DNA of 64,000 nucleotides from Gracilinanus agilis (Eukaryota). Shown here piece after piece: positions 23,721-36,989 of the stretch. Below the pieces are notes generated by a model. The model made no database searches. It saw nothing but the letters and a program-made list of their open reading frames with translations, and was not told where the DNA came from. The DNA lies in NCBI RefSeq assembly GCF_016433145.1, contig NC_058131.1:63163253-63227252 (forward strand). Reading direction: 5' to 3'. Numbering within the stretch: the stretch's first letter is position 1; every line of letters starts with the position of its first letter. The position numbers and the translations under genes are program-made.

Positions 23721-26019
23721 CGGGCGGGAGCCTGCCCGTAGGAGGCTTCCCGTCTAATGAGGATCTGGCACAGTTTAGAGGACCTTTATATGTTGGTTGT
23801 CATGGAAGAGGACAGTTAAATGAAGCCTTCATGGGAGAGGTGGGACTGGAGGCCAGCCCCTTGATGTAGTGGAAAGAGCCCTGGTGATGGATCTGGGGGG
23901 AACGTCTTTGAATCCCGGGTCTTCTCTTTACTAGCTTTGTGATTTGGGGCTGCGGTTTCTTTTCTGTAAAACGAGGAAGTTCTAGTCCTTTCCCAAGGAC
24001 CTTTCCAGTTCTAAAGCCCTGAGCCTGGGATACATACACAGATAAAATGCATGCAAAGGCAAGAGCCATTCCAAAATGTTAACTATATATGGCTTCTATA
24101 TTATATATTCTTATTTATTTATTGACATGTACAGCTTAGTTTTTCAACTATATTGTATGCATTCCTTGAAGACCTTGTTTTAATTCAGCCATTAATAATA
24201 TGCCATATCAGAGTGCACTGAAAAGAGATAGATTACCATTTATCCAATAAAATAATTGTCAGTAGTGGAAATCTGGCCTCAGATACTAGCTATGTGTGAT
24301 TTTTGGTAAGTCACTTAATCTCTGCCTTATTTGCCCTCTTCTGTAAAATAGGGATAGTAACACCTACCTTGCAGAGTTGTGAGGATAAAATGAGATAATA
24401 TTTATAAATTGCTCAGCATGGAGCCTGGCACATACCAGTTCCTATATAAATATTAACTATTATTATGTGATGGACAGTATTGAAGTCAAAGTATATATCC
24501 CTTTCTTTTATTAACAAAAAGTAAAGTACAAAAAATGGGAAATGACATCCTCCAAGTTTCAATGGCTCTATTAAATGCTTTTGTATAACTTTTAAAATGG
24601 GAAAACAATGGAGAGTAGACTGAAGAGGTTCTTATTTGGGAAAGAAGGGATGTGCCAAAATAGAACACACACACACACACACAAAGACACTGGATTTAGG
24701 GAACTATATGATCAGAGTTTGGTGCCTACCTATTATGTGCACACTTGGTTAAATTATTAATTATTTTCCTTCTCTGGGCTTCAGTTTCCTTATCTATCAA
24801 ATGAGAAGATTGGACTGGACGATTTTTAAAGGGCTATGCCAGTGGATCCTTCTAGCTCTAAAGCTTGTAGTTAAATACCAGTTGAGCAGAGCTTAAGCAT
24901 TAGGATGAGAGGCTTCTATTGCATAGAAAAGAGTGCTGGTTCTGAGCCACAGGAGTGGTTGAGTTCTGTGTGGGAAGGCATGTGGGGAAATTGACTGCTT
25001 CTAGAAGGAATTGGGAAGAAAAAAGTGAGATTTTGCCTCACCATATTTTTCATTGGGAAGCGATAGCAAGGTGGTTAGGAGAACATCAGTGAGATAATTT
25101 GTTTTCTTCAGAGAGACAGTAAAATAAATAGAGATAGAGCCAGGAAAGATAGAATGGAGACCAAGAAAATGCAGTGGCAGAGAAATCAAGAGATGAAATG
25201 CATTTAGTGCATGATGTCCTATTATAGGAATCTTGGGATGCTATCTGGGCCTCTGACTCCTAGGCTGCTCAGAATACATCCTTCTGCTCTCCAAACCCTA
25301 GCTCTATTTCCTAATTTGATGAAATCTTGACTCTTTCAAGGTCTGGAGAAGAGCTAAGCTGTTGGGTTCTGGGAATTCATGGATTCCTTTTCCTAACAGC
25401 TGCCAATTTTCCTGAATCAGCATAATAGGATCCAGAATTCTGTCATCAAAAACCTCTTGGTTCACAGAATGCCCTCTGGGAGCTGTGTTTCTTGATCTCT
25501 AAACTGGGTGTACTATAGGGATGTGTGAATAACAGGGTTTGGAGAATCCCCCTTTAAGAATTCCATTTAATTCAATAAACATTTTTTTTAATGTTACCAT
25601 GTGCCACACACTGGATGCTACAGAAAGTATAGGCCATAAAATTTTGATCTGGGAGATACCATAGGGATCACCTAGTCCAGCTTTCTCATTTTACATGGTG
25701 GGAACGGAATCCCAGGGAGATGGGGAGGAGAGGAAGTTACCAGGGAAACATGGCCTCAAAATTGGCCCTCAACCAGTTTTTTTTAATCTTCAGATATTAA
25801 AACTATTTGGCCCTTCCAGAGGTTATCTAGTCTAGCTCATTTCCCTCTTTTTTGGGCTTTCAAGTCTTCTTGGGTTGGGAGAGGTCAGTTGCAAATCTCT
25901 TTAGTGATTTTAATATAAACACTGAGGACTTTTTCTATTGACAAGGGAGTAGAGACTTTTGCTAATTCTTAGAAATATTGAAAAGTTATGAGGGAACCCT
26001 TTCCTTCATACCTTTTTTT

Positions 26020-26210
26020 TTTTTAACTCTTGCTTTCCGTTTTATAATTGTTATTAAGTATTGGTTCCAAGGCAGAAGAGTAGTAAGGACTAAGCAGTTG
26101 GGGTTAAGTGACTTACCCAGGGTCACACAGCTAAGAAGTATCAAGTCAGATTTGAACCAGGACCTCCCAATTCCAGGCTTGACCCTATCCATTGAACAAC
26201 CTAGCAGCCT
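26020..26210 (-). mobile_element. SINE1_Mdo-like SINE in MATCAP1 intron 1
   Basis: gtattggttccaaggcagaagagtagtaagg...gttaagtgacttacccagggtcacacagct. Confidence 0.8.
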
Positions 26211-27261
26211 CTCCCTCCGTTCCCTGGGGACTTGGACACATTCTCATCCATCTCCTTCCAAGATGATTCCTATCTTTCTGAATAGTACCTCTTCTCCCAA
26301 CCTTGAAAGGCTAATGAAACCCTTTCCCTTAACTTGCTCCTGGGCTCAAGAATAAACTGTAGGGTCTTACATATTTGGTGTCAGAAGACCTAGAATGATA
26401 ATGATAATAATAATAATTAGCATTTATATAGTGCCTATTCTGTGCCAGGCAGTGTGCTAAGCACTTTACAAATATCTCATTTGATCCTCAAAACCATCCT
26501 GGGAAGTAGGCACTCTTATTAACCCCATCTTATAGTTGAGGAAACTGAGTCAGAGGTTAAACACTCCACTGTACCACCAGCTGTCTTGATCCCATCTCAT
26601 TACTAGTTGTGGGACTATGGGCAAGTCATAATCCTCTCTGGGTTTCCATTTCATCCTCTGTAAAAGGAGAAAGTTGCATTAGTTTATCACAAGGAACTTT
26701 CCAACATTAAATCATGCTTGAGTTATGATCAAGACTGTGGGATGCTAATATTGTATAGTAGTAGTAGAAGCTCTGATCAGGCCCAAAAGGTGGGAATTTT
26801 AGTCCTGGTTCTGACATTTATCCTGGGTAATAAGTGTGTACATTTATATAGTTTTTAAATGCTTACTTTCTGCCTTAGTAACTCTAAGACAGAAAGGTAA
26901 GGGTTAGGCATACAGGGTTAAATGACTTGCCCAGGGTCACACAGACAGGAAGTATCTGAGTTCAAATTTGAACCCAGGTCTTTCCAAGGGCTACACATTT
27001 ATTAGCTTGTCTGAGCATCAATTTCTTCATCTATAAATGAGCATAATCATTGCATTACATACCTCTCTAGGTCCTTGTAAAGAAAACACTTTGTAAACCT
27101 TTAAAGTATCATATAATAACTATTGTTCGTCTTGTCATTGTTCTTTTTTTTTTACCCTTCGTCTCATCTTGTTCCATGAAATTCAGATTGAAATATAGGG
27201 GAGTGGAGAACAAGTAGCTGACTTGCTTCTTTTACACATAGTATTCTGCAAACTATTAAAC

Positions 27262-28110
27262 AGTCATGTATTAAGTGCCTGCTCTGTGCCAGGCATGATA
27301 TTAAGAGCCAGAGAGACATAGAAAGGTAAAGGACAGCCCCTGCTCTGAGGTCACAGTCTTATGAAGGGGGCAGTATGCAAGCTTTATGTACAGATGATAT
27401 AGACAGAATAAATTGGGGTTAGCTTCAGAAGGAAGGCACTAGATTTAAGGAGGATTGAGAAAAACTTGCTGTAGAAGATGGATATCAGCTGGGACTTGAA
27501 GGAAGCCTAGAGCTGGAGATAAGAAGGGTTGAGAGTTCCAGGCAGGAGGAACAGCCAAGTGAAAACATTCAGAATTGGGAGATGGAGCATCTTGTTTGAG
27601 GAATAGCCAAGGAGGCTAGTGTCACTGATTTGTAGACTAGACAGAAGGAAGTAAGGTATGAAAAGACTAGAAAGGTTATAGGGGCCAGGAGGTTTTCCAG
27701 AACTTTGAAAGCCAAACAGAAGATTTTGTAATTGGTCTGAGAGGTAATAAGGAGCCACTGGAATTTATTTAAGAGGGGGTAAAGGGTGATATGGTCAGAC
27801 CTGTGACTTAGGAAGATCAATTTGACAGATGAGCAAAGGCTGGAATGTAGTAAGGAGGGAAAAGAGACAGGGAGCCAAACCAGCAGGCTTTTTAGTCTCA
27901 AGTCTCAAGATGTGAGGAGATGAGGGTGTTGGTAGTGACAGAGGAGAAAAGGGGATGAGGTGCAGGAGATCTCATTAAGGTAGAAACTATAAGATTTGAT
28001 AACTGGTTGGATGTCAGGGTTGTGAGAGAGTATTTGAGAGATCAAGGATGTGAGCCTGGACAAGTGGGAGGGTGGTAAAATGGTACCCTTGAACAGTGAT
28101 CGGGAAGTTA
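27262..28110 (-). mobile_element. L2 LINE 3' fragment (about 850 bp)
   Basis: The minus-strand translation RSDHITLYPLLNKFQWLLITSQTNYKIFCLAFKVL resembles the L2 ORF2 C-terminus, and the L2 tail catgtattaagtgcctgctctgtgccaggc is present. Confidence 0.75.
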
Positions 28111-29573
28111 GGAATTGGGGAGCATATGGACCAAATGACTTTTTTGCAATTGAATTAAAGTTTGAAGCTGTTGCTTGAAAGCATCTTCAGGATAATGCCA
28201 ATAGCAGAAAGGACATCAGAATGACAGAGATGACATGTACTTTAGTTCCTACATGGTTTTGATTTCTTCTTTTATGTGTTTATATCATGAAAGTTTCAGG
28301 CATTATTATAATTCTATAGAGTGACTCCTATTAAAAAATCTTAAGTCTCCACAGATCCGTGTTATGTCTGGGCCCAGTCATAATCATATTTATGATTATG
28401 CTGTTTGTTTAATCTTGAAAAAATCAGTCCTACTTGAACTGGGCACAGTAATCCTGTGCTTGCTTTTCCTGGCTCAGAGGGCTATTGTGAAGAAAGCACT
28501 TTGGAGGATTAGAGAAATGAACAGTACTACAGGCCCCCACTCCTGCAGAACCCTTCTGCACCAAGTTGTCCCATGGATTCAACACCCTAAACCCCACTGA
28601 CTGAAACTGCTTAAAGGAGGAGCTGCTCACAGCTTTTCTCTCAGAGTGACATTTGGTGAAGTCTCCAGCAGTTACAGTTTAAAAAAAATCTTACCTTTAA
28701 CACACTTAGTGACACCCCTCCCCCCAAAATAAATTAATGAAAACTGTTGCATTGGTGATGATGAGAAAGACACTTTCTGGAGAGAGACTCTGCCAAATAA
28801 TAATAATAATGTTTATAATGTGCCATGCTTTCCAAGGAATTTGACAAATATATCATTTTGTCCTCATATCAATCCTGGGAAAGTAGGTGCTATTGTTATC
28901 ATTCCCATTTTTCAATCGAGGAAACTGAGACAGATATTGAGCAGGAGTTGGGGAAGTAAGGGGAGGGAGTGTTTTCCTTCTGAGGCTTCAGGACTCAAGC
29001 TTCTAGCTGGAAATCTAGAGAATGCTAGAAGATAGGGAATTGTTTCTTCTTGGAAGGTCACCTGGGGACAAAAATCCTAGGCCTTAATCCTTCAGTAATT
29101 GATTGTTTCTGGATTTGCTTTCTTATTCTTTCTTTCTTACACTGTATTTTCTTTTACTTTAAGTCAAAAGAGCATGTATTACATACTTACTGTATGTAGG
29201 TGCTGGGGATTCTGATATAAAATAGGGCAGTAAATTGTCATGTCTTTTTTATTTTTCTATCGCCAAAGATAATGTTGATTCAATTATTGTTCCTTGCACT
29301 AAAGTTGATAGTTGGGAATGGAGAGGGTTTGAGTTGAGAGAAGAGGGAAGGGTATGCCTCCAGAGCAGATTGTTGGATGCTCATACCATACTAACTATAC
29401 TTTGTTCTGAAGGTTAGTTGGATGGAAAGAAGAAGCATGGAGGGAGTGTTTGGGACCTGATAGAAAGGAAGGTGGGTAGGATCATTTGATTCTCAAAACT
29501 ATTCTGGGAGTTAGAGACTATTATTCCCATTTCACACTTGAGGAAACTGAGGCAAACAGGGTTAGTGACACAG

Positions 29574-29576
<3 letters not shown>

Positions 29577-29612
<36 letters not shown>
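29577..29612. repeat. (TA)n microsatellite
   Basis: About 17 TA units. Confidence 0.95.
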
Positions 29613-29614
<2 letters not shown>

Positions 29615-30050
29615 CTAGTAAGTGTCTGAGACTAGATTTGAACTTAGTTCTTCCTCGATCCATGCCCAGGGCTTTGTCCACTGCCCCAGCAGCTGCCTCT
29701 GGAGGACAGTTGAGGTGAGGACTGACTTTACCATCCATTCAGTTTCTCAGTCCTCTTTGTATGCTGAGGACACAGCCTTAGATCTTCATTTTTAAGAGAC
29801 TTTCATACCTTTTCTTACAGTAATCTGCCCTTCCCTTCTTTTTCTCATGATAAACACCTGATTCTCCTTTCCTTTCATCTTCATCATATTCCCTGACTCC
29901 ATAAGCAGTGTTTTTTCTACCATGTCACACTGTATCCTGCTGTGCCGTTCCTTTGTCTCATACGCCTCGTGTCATTTTGTGTCCCCACAGGCCAGGATCA
30001 AGGGCAGAGGGGGATCACACACCTAGATGTGACCCTTCTCTGAAGGCAGG

Positions 30051-33000
30051 ATGGTGCTGGACTCGGGGACCCAGGCCTATGAGCAGGCACCCCCTTCCCT
30101 CTCTGTCATCCCCCCCACTGTTTCTCGAGTGGGGAAGATATCAAAAAAGAATGGGCCACGACTGTACCCCTCTACCCGGCCACCTATGTCAGCCCCCAGC
30201 TCCCGGAAATCGTCCCTAGTCATCCCAGTAAACTCCAGACCCTCTGTGTCCCAACCATCTGGCCTGGCCTCTTCCCGCCCCAAGGTCCCAAGTTCGAAGT
30301 CTGAAATAAGACGATTCTCCTCAACCTCACTGAGTCATGGTCGGATTCGGCGTAGTGAGAGCACCTGCTCAGTTGGAGGGTACAGCAGCAAGGGATACCT
30401 CCGGGCTGCCACTTCCCTACCCCATATTGCTAAAAGCAAGGCAGAGGAAGCTCGAGCAATTAGCAAGAGCCCCTGCCTGCTGGTGGCCTTAAGACCCAAC
30501 AACTTGGAGCAAGAGCGAGACCGGTTCTTTCAGTCAAGGTACACCTATAACCCGCAGTTTGAATATGAGGAGCCGATTCCTGCTGCCGTGTTGGAAAAGT
30601 ACAATGAGGCCTCGGACAAGTTCATCCCCCAGGTCAGGGAGCCAGGGACGCCCCGCTGGGGCTCCCTGCCCCCGTCCCGGCCCCTTTCCCATTGGTTTGT
30701 CTGGCCCCTTCTCCCCGGTGTGGTGGGTTGTGTGGAGCTGGAAGGAGCTCCTGCTCTGTCTCCCCTTCTCTGCCTCTCCCCCATCCCCAAGCCCCTAGCA
30801 GCTTCTTTCCTGTCCAGCCCTTGTCCTGAGCCTTCCCTCCCTTTGCTCATCCCTGTCTTACCCTCAGCTTCATGCTGAATGACTGCCAGCCCTGTGGTCC
30901 AGGGGGAAGCCCAGGCTGAGGCCATGGCTAGGAAAAGGGTGACAGCCCCTGGCGGCGGGGTGTGTATGGCAGGCGGTGAGGATCATTGAAGCGGTCCTGG
31001 AGAAGTATGGCACCTATGAGCAATTCGAGGCAAGCACGGGAGGCCAGCTGCTGACCAAGTGCCAGATCTGGTCCATTGTCCGAAAATACATGCAGAAGGA
31101 GGGTTGTTCCGGAGAGGTGAGCTGGAGGATGAGCCGCGGGAGGGCCTGGATACTCACTGGACTAGTCCATCCAAAATGCGGGTGTCCCAGAGAGCAGAGG
31201 TTTGGCGGGGAGGCCTCATTGGGTCCACGGGGACTCCACCTCCAAGTCCTTGTTACTCACCCTGAGTTATGGGGAGCGCTCAGGCCCCTCTCTGCCTTCC
31301 CCCCTCAGGTGGTGGTGCAGCTGAGTGAGGACCTGCTGTCCCAAGCAGTGATGATGGTGGAGAACAGCCGCCCTACGCTGGCTATCAATCTGACTGGGGC
31401 CCGCCAGTATTGGCTGGAGGGGATGTTGCGACATGAGATAGGTCAGGATGAGGGGCTGACCCTCCAGGCTAGCAGGAATATTGTGTCGGGGATAGAGAAG
31501 GCCTGCACTGGTCCATGGGAGGGGGGAAGGAGGGCAGAGGGAACAGACCCAAAGGGGAAACTGGGAGATGGGGAGCCCTGGAATGGAGGCAGAGGCTTTG
31601 GGGGGAGGTGGAGCTGGGTAGAGGCTGGGTATAACTGGGATCGTGGGGGAGGGATCTGGGGGAGAAGTCTGTGGCCCAGTAATCTCACTCCCTTTATTTC
31701 TTCCCCTCCTTCCCTGAGGACGGTCCCTCCCAGGAATGAACAGCTTCCCTCATCCCTCTTACTCACAGAGGTAGGCAGGCAGAGCCCTTCCTAAGGGCCC
31801 ATTTTCTCCTCTGCCAGACCATTCTCACCCTTCTGGGCCTTACCCTCTTCTCACTAACTTTTTCTCTGGCTTCTTCCCCATCTCATTCGGCTGGAGGCAG
31901 GGGATACTGAGATCCGACCTGGAGCTAGAGGAGAACCCAGGTGTCCCACCTGCTTGGCTAGAGCCCCCAACCCTTCTTGATTATAGAATAGCCATGGTTT
32001 TCTCATGCCCTCTTCCCTGCTCCTCTCCCCCACAAAAAGCTCCTCTGGAGGATATAGGAGGAAGCTCCCAGAGGGTCAGGGCTGGGGATGACTCCATGGT
32101 GAGAACCATCCTGGCCAGGCTGGCCATGCACATAAAACTTCTTTGTGGAGTGAGTGGAAAAGGAGGAGTATTTCTTCTGTGAATTGGGTGGGGATGGATG
32201 GGGCCTCTGCCTGGGTTCACTAATCACTTTTCCTTTCCTTCTGTCTCTTCTCTTGAAGAATGCTGTCCTTCTGGACATGAGATGTCTGCAGAGAGACTGT
32301 AGCGGGTGGGGGCAGGATGAGCATGTCTGGGAGGGAGGGAGTGACGGTTTGTCATAAAGGCTTGGCAGAGTGTGCTGGGCTCACGACTGCCTCTCCATCA
32401 TATATATCCGTGAATCTGTGTGAGTATGAGTGAGCGAGTGGTTCTTATGTGTGGCGAGTGTGGAGGTATGCAGGGGCTGAAGCTTGGCAGAGGGAGGGCT
32501 GTTGTCTGCATTACTTCTGGGGGAAGCTGGGGAGGGGGCTTTCCTTGGGCTGTGGCCCCCAGCCCTCCTTTTTCCCTCCCCGCAGGCACTCATTACCTTC
32601 GATTTATCAATAACACTCAGCAGCCCTGGAGCACCTCCGATGGCCGGCGGCAGTATGGGCTGCGGCCTGCCAACCCCACGGAAGAGGGGCTGGCCAGCCT
32701 GCACAGTGTGCTTTTCCGAAAACAGCCCTTCCTGTGGCGGGCAGCCCTGCTGTACTACACTATCCAGCGTGCGGCTCTGATGTCCTTTCGCCAACTTTTC
32801 CAAGACCTTGCTCAGTATGTACAGGACACATCGGTGCGTTGGGAGTACTGCGTGCGGGCCAAACGTGGCCAGACGGACACTTCCAAGCCTGGTGAGGTTC
32901 CCTGGAACCTCTGTTTGTGTTCCTTAAGTACCTCATGCTTCTAGAATATAGAATATGAGAGCCAGAAGGGCCCTTTATAGATGGGGAAACTGAGACCCAC

Positions 33001-35397
33001 AGAGGAAAAGTGAGTTGCCCAGGATCACACATTGAGTTTGTAGCAAAGATGAGACAAAAACCCCGGTCCCCCTGTCCCTATCCAACCCATTCTCTAAGCT
33101 CCAGTTCTCAAATCTCTCAAAAATCTCAAATCCTCCCCCATTTCCCTCTGGTTACAAGCAGGTCATATTCCCAAAATTCATTTTATAAATGGGTTGCATA
33201 GAACTCATGCCACCTCTTCTGGCAAAATGCTACACACAAGGTTTAGGCCTGGGCTCTGCTGCTACTAACTCACATGATGTTCAGCAACTCTTTGTGGCCC
33301 TGGTCTCTTCATGTGTAAAATAATTATTATAGTTGAGAGAGAAAGCTCGTGACTTGTAAATCTGTTGAGAGGGAGCCATAGAGGTATCACTGTCCTCATT
33401 TTACAGAGGATTAATGTGAGTCACAGAAGGACAAAGTCACCTTTTCCTAGCTGAAAGGATCTGGTGGGCACCATGCAGTACTCTGGAGTGAACTATAGCA
33501 TGGGGGAGGTGATCTCCAAGATACCCTCTGACTAAAACTGGTCCATCTGGGATGAGCTAACTGCTTTAAGGCCTGACAAGTCAGGTGGACTTCCCTAAAG
33601 GTCTAGGCAGGAGGGTCCTGACTTTCCCAAACTTGGTGGAGACAGAAAGGGAGGGAGGAGCTGACAAAAACAGGGGCTGGCCCTGGCTGGGATGTTTGTT
33701 AGCTGTGGACGGTGTACCCTGGGCGATCTAATGAGGCAGGGCCTCTCACTCACTCAGTCCTCCTCGTTTGGGGATGGTAAGACAGGGAGTTGGGGCTTGA
33801 GTAAGAAGAGCCTGGTATGTCCTTATCCCAAAGAAAAATGTGAGAGAGGACATGTGGTGAGGCCCCAGAGAATGCCTAATGTACCTTGCCCACTTTGGGG
33901 GGCTGGCAGCATCAGTGCCAAAGCTCAGAGCCCTCAAACTCAGGCATGGCCTGGGCACTCCACTCTTCATCAGTCCACCTGACCTCCTTCTGGACCTTTT
34001 TATTTTCTTGTCAAGATTGCTTGGATGCCTGAGGACTTCCATCACCAAGCTACCCATATTTAAAGGCCTGTCATGCAGAGGAAAGGTCACACAAATTCTG
34101 TTTGGCCCCATGGAGCAGTGAGCAGATGTTACACAGACAGATTTTGACTCATATCATAAGATAAACTGAAGGGGTCTCTAGATGGCTCAGTGAATAAAGA
34201 GCCAGGCCTGGAGATAGGTCCTGAGTTCAGATTTGGCCTCTGACATTTCCTAGATGTGTGACCCCTGGGCAAGTCACTTAAGCCCAGTTGCTTGACGTTT
34301 ACTGCTCTTTTGCCTTGAAACTGATCCCTAGATTCCAAGGTAAGAGTTTTAAGAAAAGAAGAAAAAAAAGAAAAAGAAAAAAAGGTTAAACTGTTGAATG
34401 ATGAAGACTGTCCAAAAGTAGACATGGGCTACCCCATCTTCAAGCTGAAGACTGGAAGGCCCCTTCTCAGGGATATTGGAGAATGGATTTTTACTCAGAT
34501 AGGAGTTAGACTAGACTTTGGAGGTTCCTTCCTGTTGAGATTCTGGGCTTGAGTGCCTTCCCATTCCCACAACAGCAGGAGTCTCTGAGTCTCTTTACAC
34601 CCTTACAGGCTGTTTCAGTAAGGACCAGGTGTACTTGGACGGCATCCTCCACATCCTCCGGCACCGACAGTCTATTGATTTCCATATGCTGACTGCTTTG
34701 GGCAAGGTGAGGCTGGCCCCTTGGGAGGGGGCTCTATCTTCTCCCCTCTGGGCAGCCCAGGGGCATGTCAGTGTCCAGCACCTTCCCTGGATCCCTGGGT
34801 CAGGACCCAGACCAGTCCTAGCATCAGTCGAGTGGGCCTGGTGAGTATGTCTGAAGCTTGTCTGGGTGTCACTGGCTCTCAAACCAGAGAGAGCTGCTAG
34901 ATCCTAGTGCAGAGAACCAGAGGATGAGGGTCCAAGTGCTAAATGAGCCATGGTCTAGACCAGTGATTCCCAAAGTGGGCACCACCGTCCCCTGGTGGTT
35001 GTTGCAGTGATCCAGGGAAGCGGTGATGGCCACAGGAGCATTTATCTTTCCTATTAATTGCTATTAAAATTAAAAAAAAATCATTTCCAGGGGGCTAAGT
35101 AATATTTTTTCTGGAAAGGTGGTGGTAGGCCAAAAAAGTTTGGGAACCGCTGGTCTAGCGAGACAACAGGAGGCAAGTCTCTTGGCTCTTTCCTCCAGGG
35201 TGACCAAGGTCCCTATGATCCTCCCCCTCCAGATCTCTTATGAGGACGTGAATCTGCTTCAGGCCCATGGAAAGCTGGAAAAGACGCGCATCCCTCACTT
35301 CATGCAGGACTTGACACGTTACCACCAGCAGCTGGAACACATCATCACCACCAACCGCTTGGATGATGCCCAGCTGGACAACCTGCTGCCAGAATGA
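30051..35397 (+). CDS. MATCAP1: Microtubule-associated tyrosine carboxypeptidase 1 (KIAA0895L), 475 aa; exons 30051..30632, 30973..31116, 31309..31441, 32586..32891, 34609..34706, 35233..35397
   Basis: MVLDSGTQAYEQAPPS start; YTYNPQFEY; gluzincin motif HEI|GTH split by intron; NPTEEGLASLHSV; WEYCVRAKRGQTDTS; CFSKDQVYLDG. Exons sum to 1428 nt with GT-AG sites. Confidence 0.96.
34170..34385 (+). mobile_element. SINE1_Mdo-like SINE with A-rich tail
   Basis: tagatggctcagtgaataaagagccaggcctggagat...gtgtgacccctgggcaagtcactt, then an A-rich tail. Confidence 0.8.
34961..35152 (+). mobile_element. Non-autonomous hAT (Charlie-like) MITE, copy 1, in the last MATCAP1 intron
   Basis: TIRs cagtgattcccaaagt and agtttgggaaccgctg; 8-bp TSD gtctagac / gtctagcg, matching the NTCTAGAN hAT target. 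Confidence 0.85.
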
Positions 35398-36989
35398 AGA
35401 GCTGAGAGTGGGGGTCATGGGGTGGTGGGGTGACTGGTCAGCTGGCTGGCCAGGGATCAGAGGAAAGGAAGATCTTGGGTCAGCTTGACCAGTAATGGAC
35501 AGTAGCATGGCAAACCCTTCCATGCCCTAGCTATTGGACAACCTGGGGTAATGGCTGCATAATATATGCTAGAGGCCCCTCTGGTAGGGAGCCGTAGAGT
35601 CTGTCTTCCAGCTTAGAACAGGAGGGGAATTCCTCCTAAAAGATCAGAAAATATAAACTGAGGCTGCCCTATTGAATAGAATGAAGACATTCCAGCAGGG
35701 ATGAAAACTTGCCCTGGCTTAGTGGGAAGGGGGGAAGGAGCTAGCTTTGAAAGAGGGTGTGCCTGTGGGGAAGGAGAATGGGGGGTGTGCGTGTGTATGA
35801 GGGGTGGGAGGGAGGGGGTGACTCCTTATGCATGAGACAAGTTCAGTAGAATTCTGGGATCTCAGTTAACTCTTCACCTTCAATCCTGTACTCTTCCCCC
35901 TCTGCTGGCAGGGGCTGACACCCTCCCTCAAACAGCAATTCTAGCCTTTTGGTGCTCTTAGCCCCCTTGATGTCTACCTCTTGCTGGGCTTTCGTGAAAG
36001 ACAAAATGTCCGTGTTTCCCTTACCTAGCCAAGGCCCCAGTATTGCTGCTCCCCTTGTGGGTGTACCCTCTCTCCTCCCTCTTACACTCTCCTATATGCC
36101 CTTCCACACTTTGCTGTCTGACTCCAGGTCTCCTCTTTCTCCCAGTGCCCAGCATTTGCACTTCCCCAACCTCCTGCCCATATAATATATTCAATGAAAT
36201 AATTGAAAGGGCAAGAGAAGAATGGAGTAGATAGGGATGGGATGCTGCCCCTCTGATCCATGGACCCCAGCAATTCAAGTATTTACTAAATATCCTCCAT
36301 GTACAAGGTCCTGTGGCCATCCCTGAGGGTAGATAGATGAGAAAGAAGGGTCCCTGGCCTTAGCCTAATAAGGGAGCTGTGACATGCAGACACAAGGGAC
36401 TAGGTGAGATGCGAGAGGGGCACAGGATGGATCTGAAGACGTGGTGAAGGCCAGTAGTGGCAATGGTTTCTGTCATTCTTACCTCTCTGGGTCACATAAC
36501 CTGGCTGGGAGAGGTGTCCAGGGAATGATGCTGTGTGCTCTTTGCTCCTCTTCCCCTTGCCCTTTTCCTGCTGCTGCCTCAGGCTTAAGGGGAAGTTGCA
36601 GAGTTCTCTCTCCTAGCAGAGTTGTGTTGTTCCCATTTTCCCAACACATACTTAATTTTAGGGGAAAGTTTATGTGAGTCCCAAGAATATATCTTGTGGG
36701 GTAGGTCACTGTCCTGAGGCGTTATGGAGAGCCTGACCTGTGTCCTTGAGCCCTGGTTTGATGAAAAGTTGACTCCTAGCCTCAGAGCTCCTTATTTTTA
36801 GAGGCAACCCAGCCTCATCTCTCTGTTTTTGAGTTTATGCTTAGGCCTGGGTTTTAGCAGTGCTTAACAGGTCTGTGGTAGTACATTTGTGAACTAGACA
36901 AAGTTGGTGAGTGGATAACACTATAATTGGATGACTTTTGGACCTTTTGGATACTGAACCCAAAAGGGAATTGATGGATCTGTGGCAGC

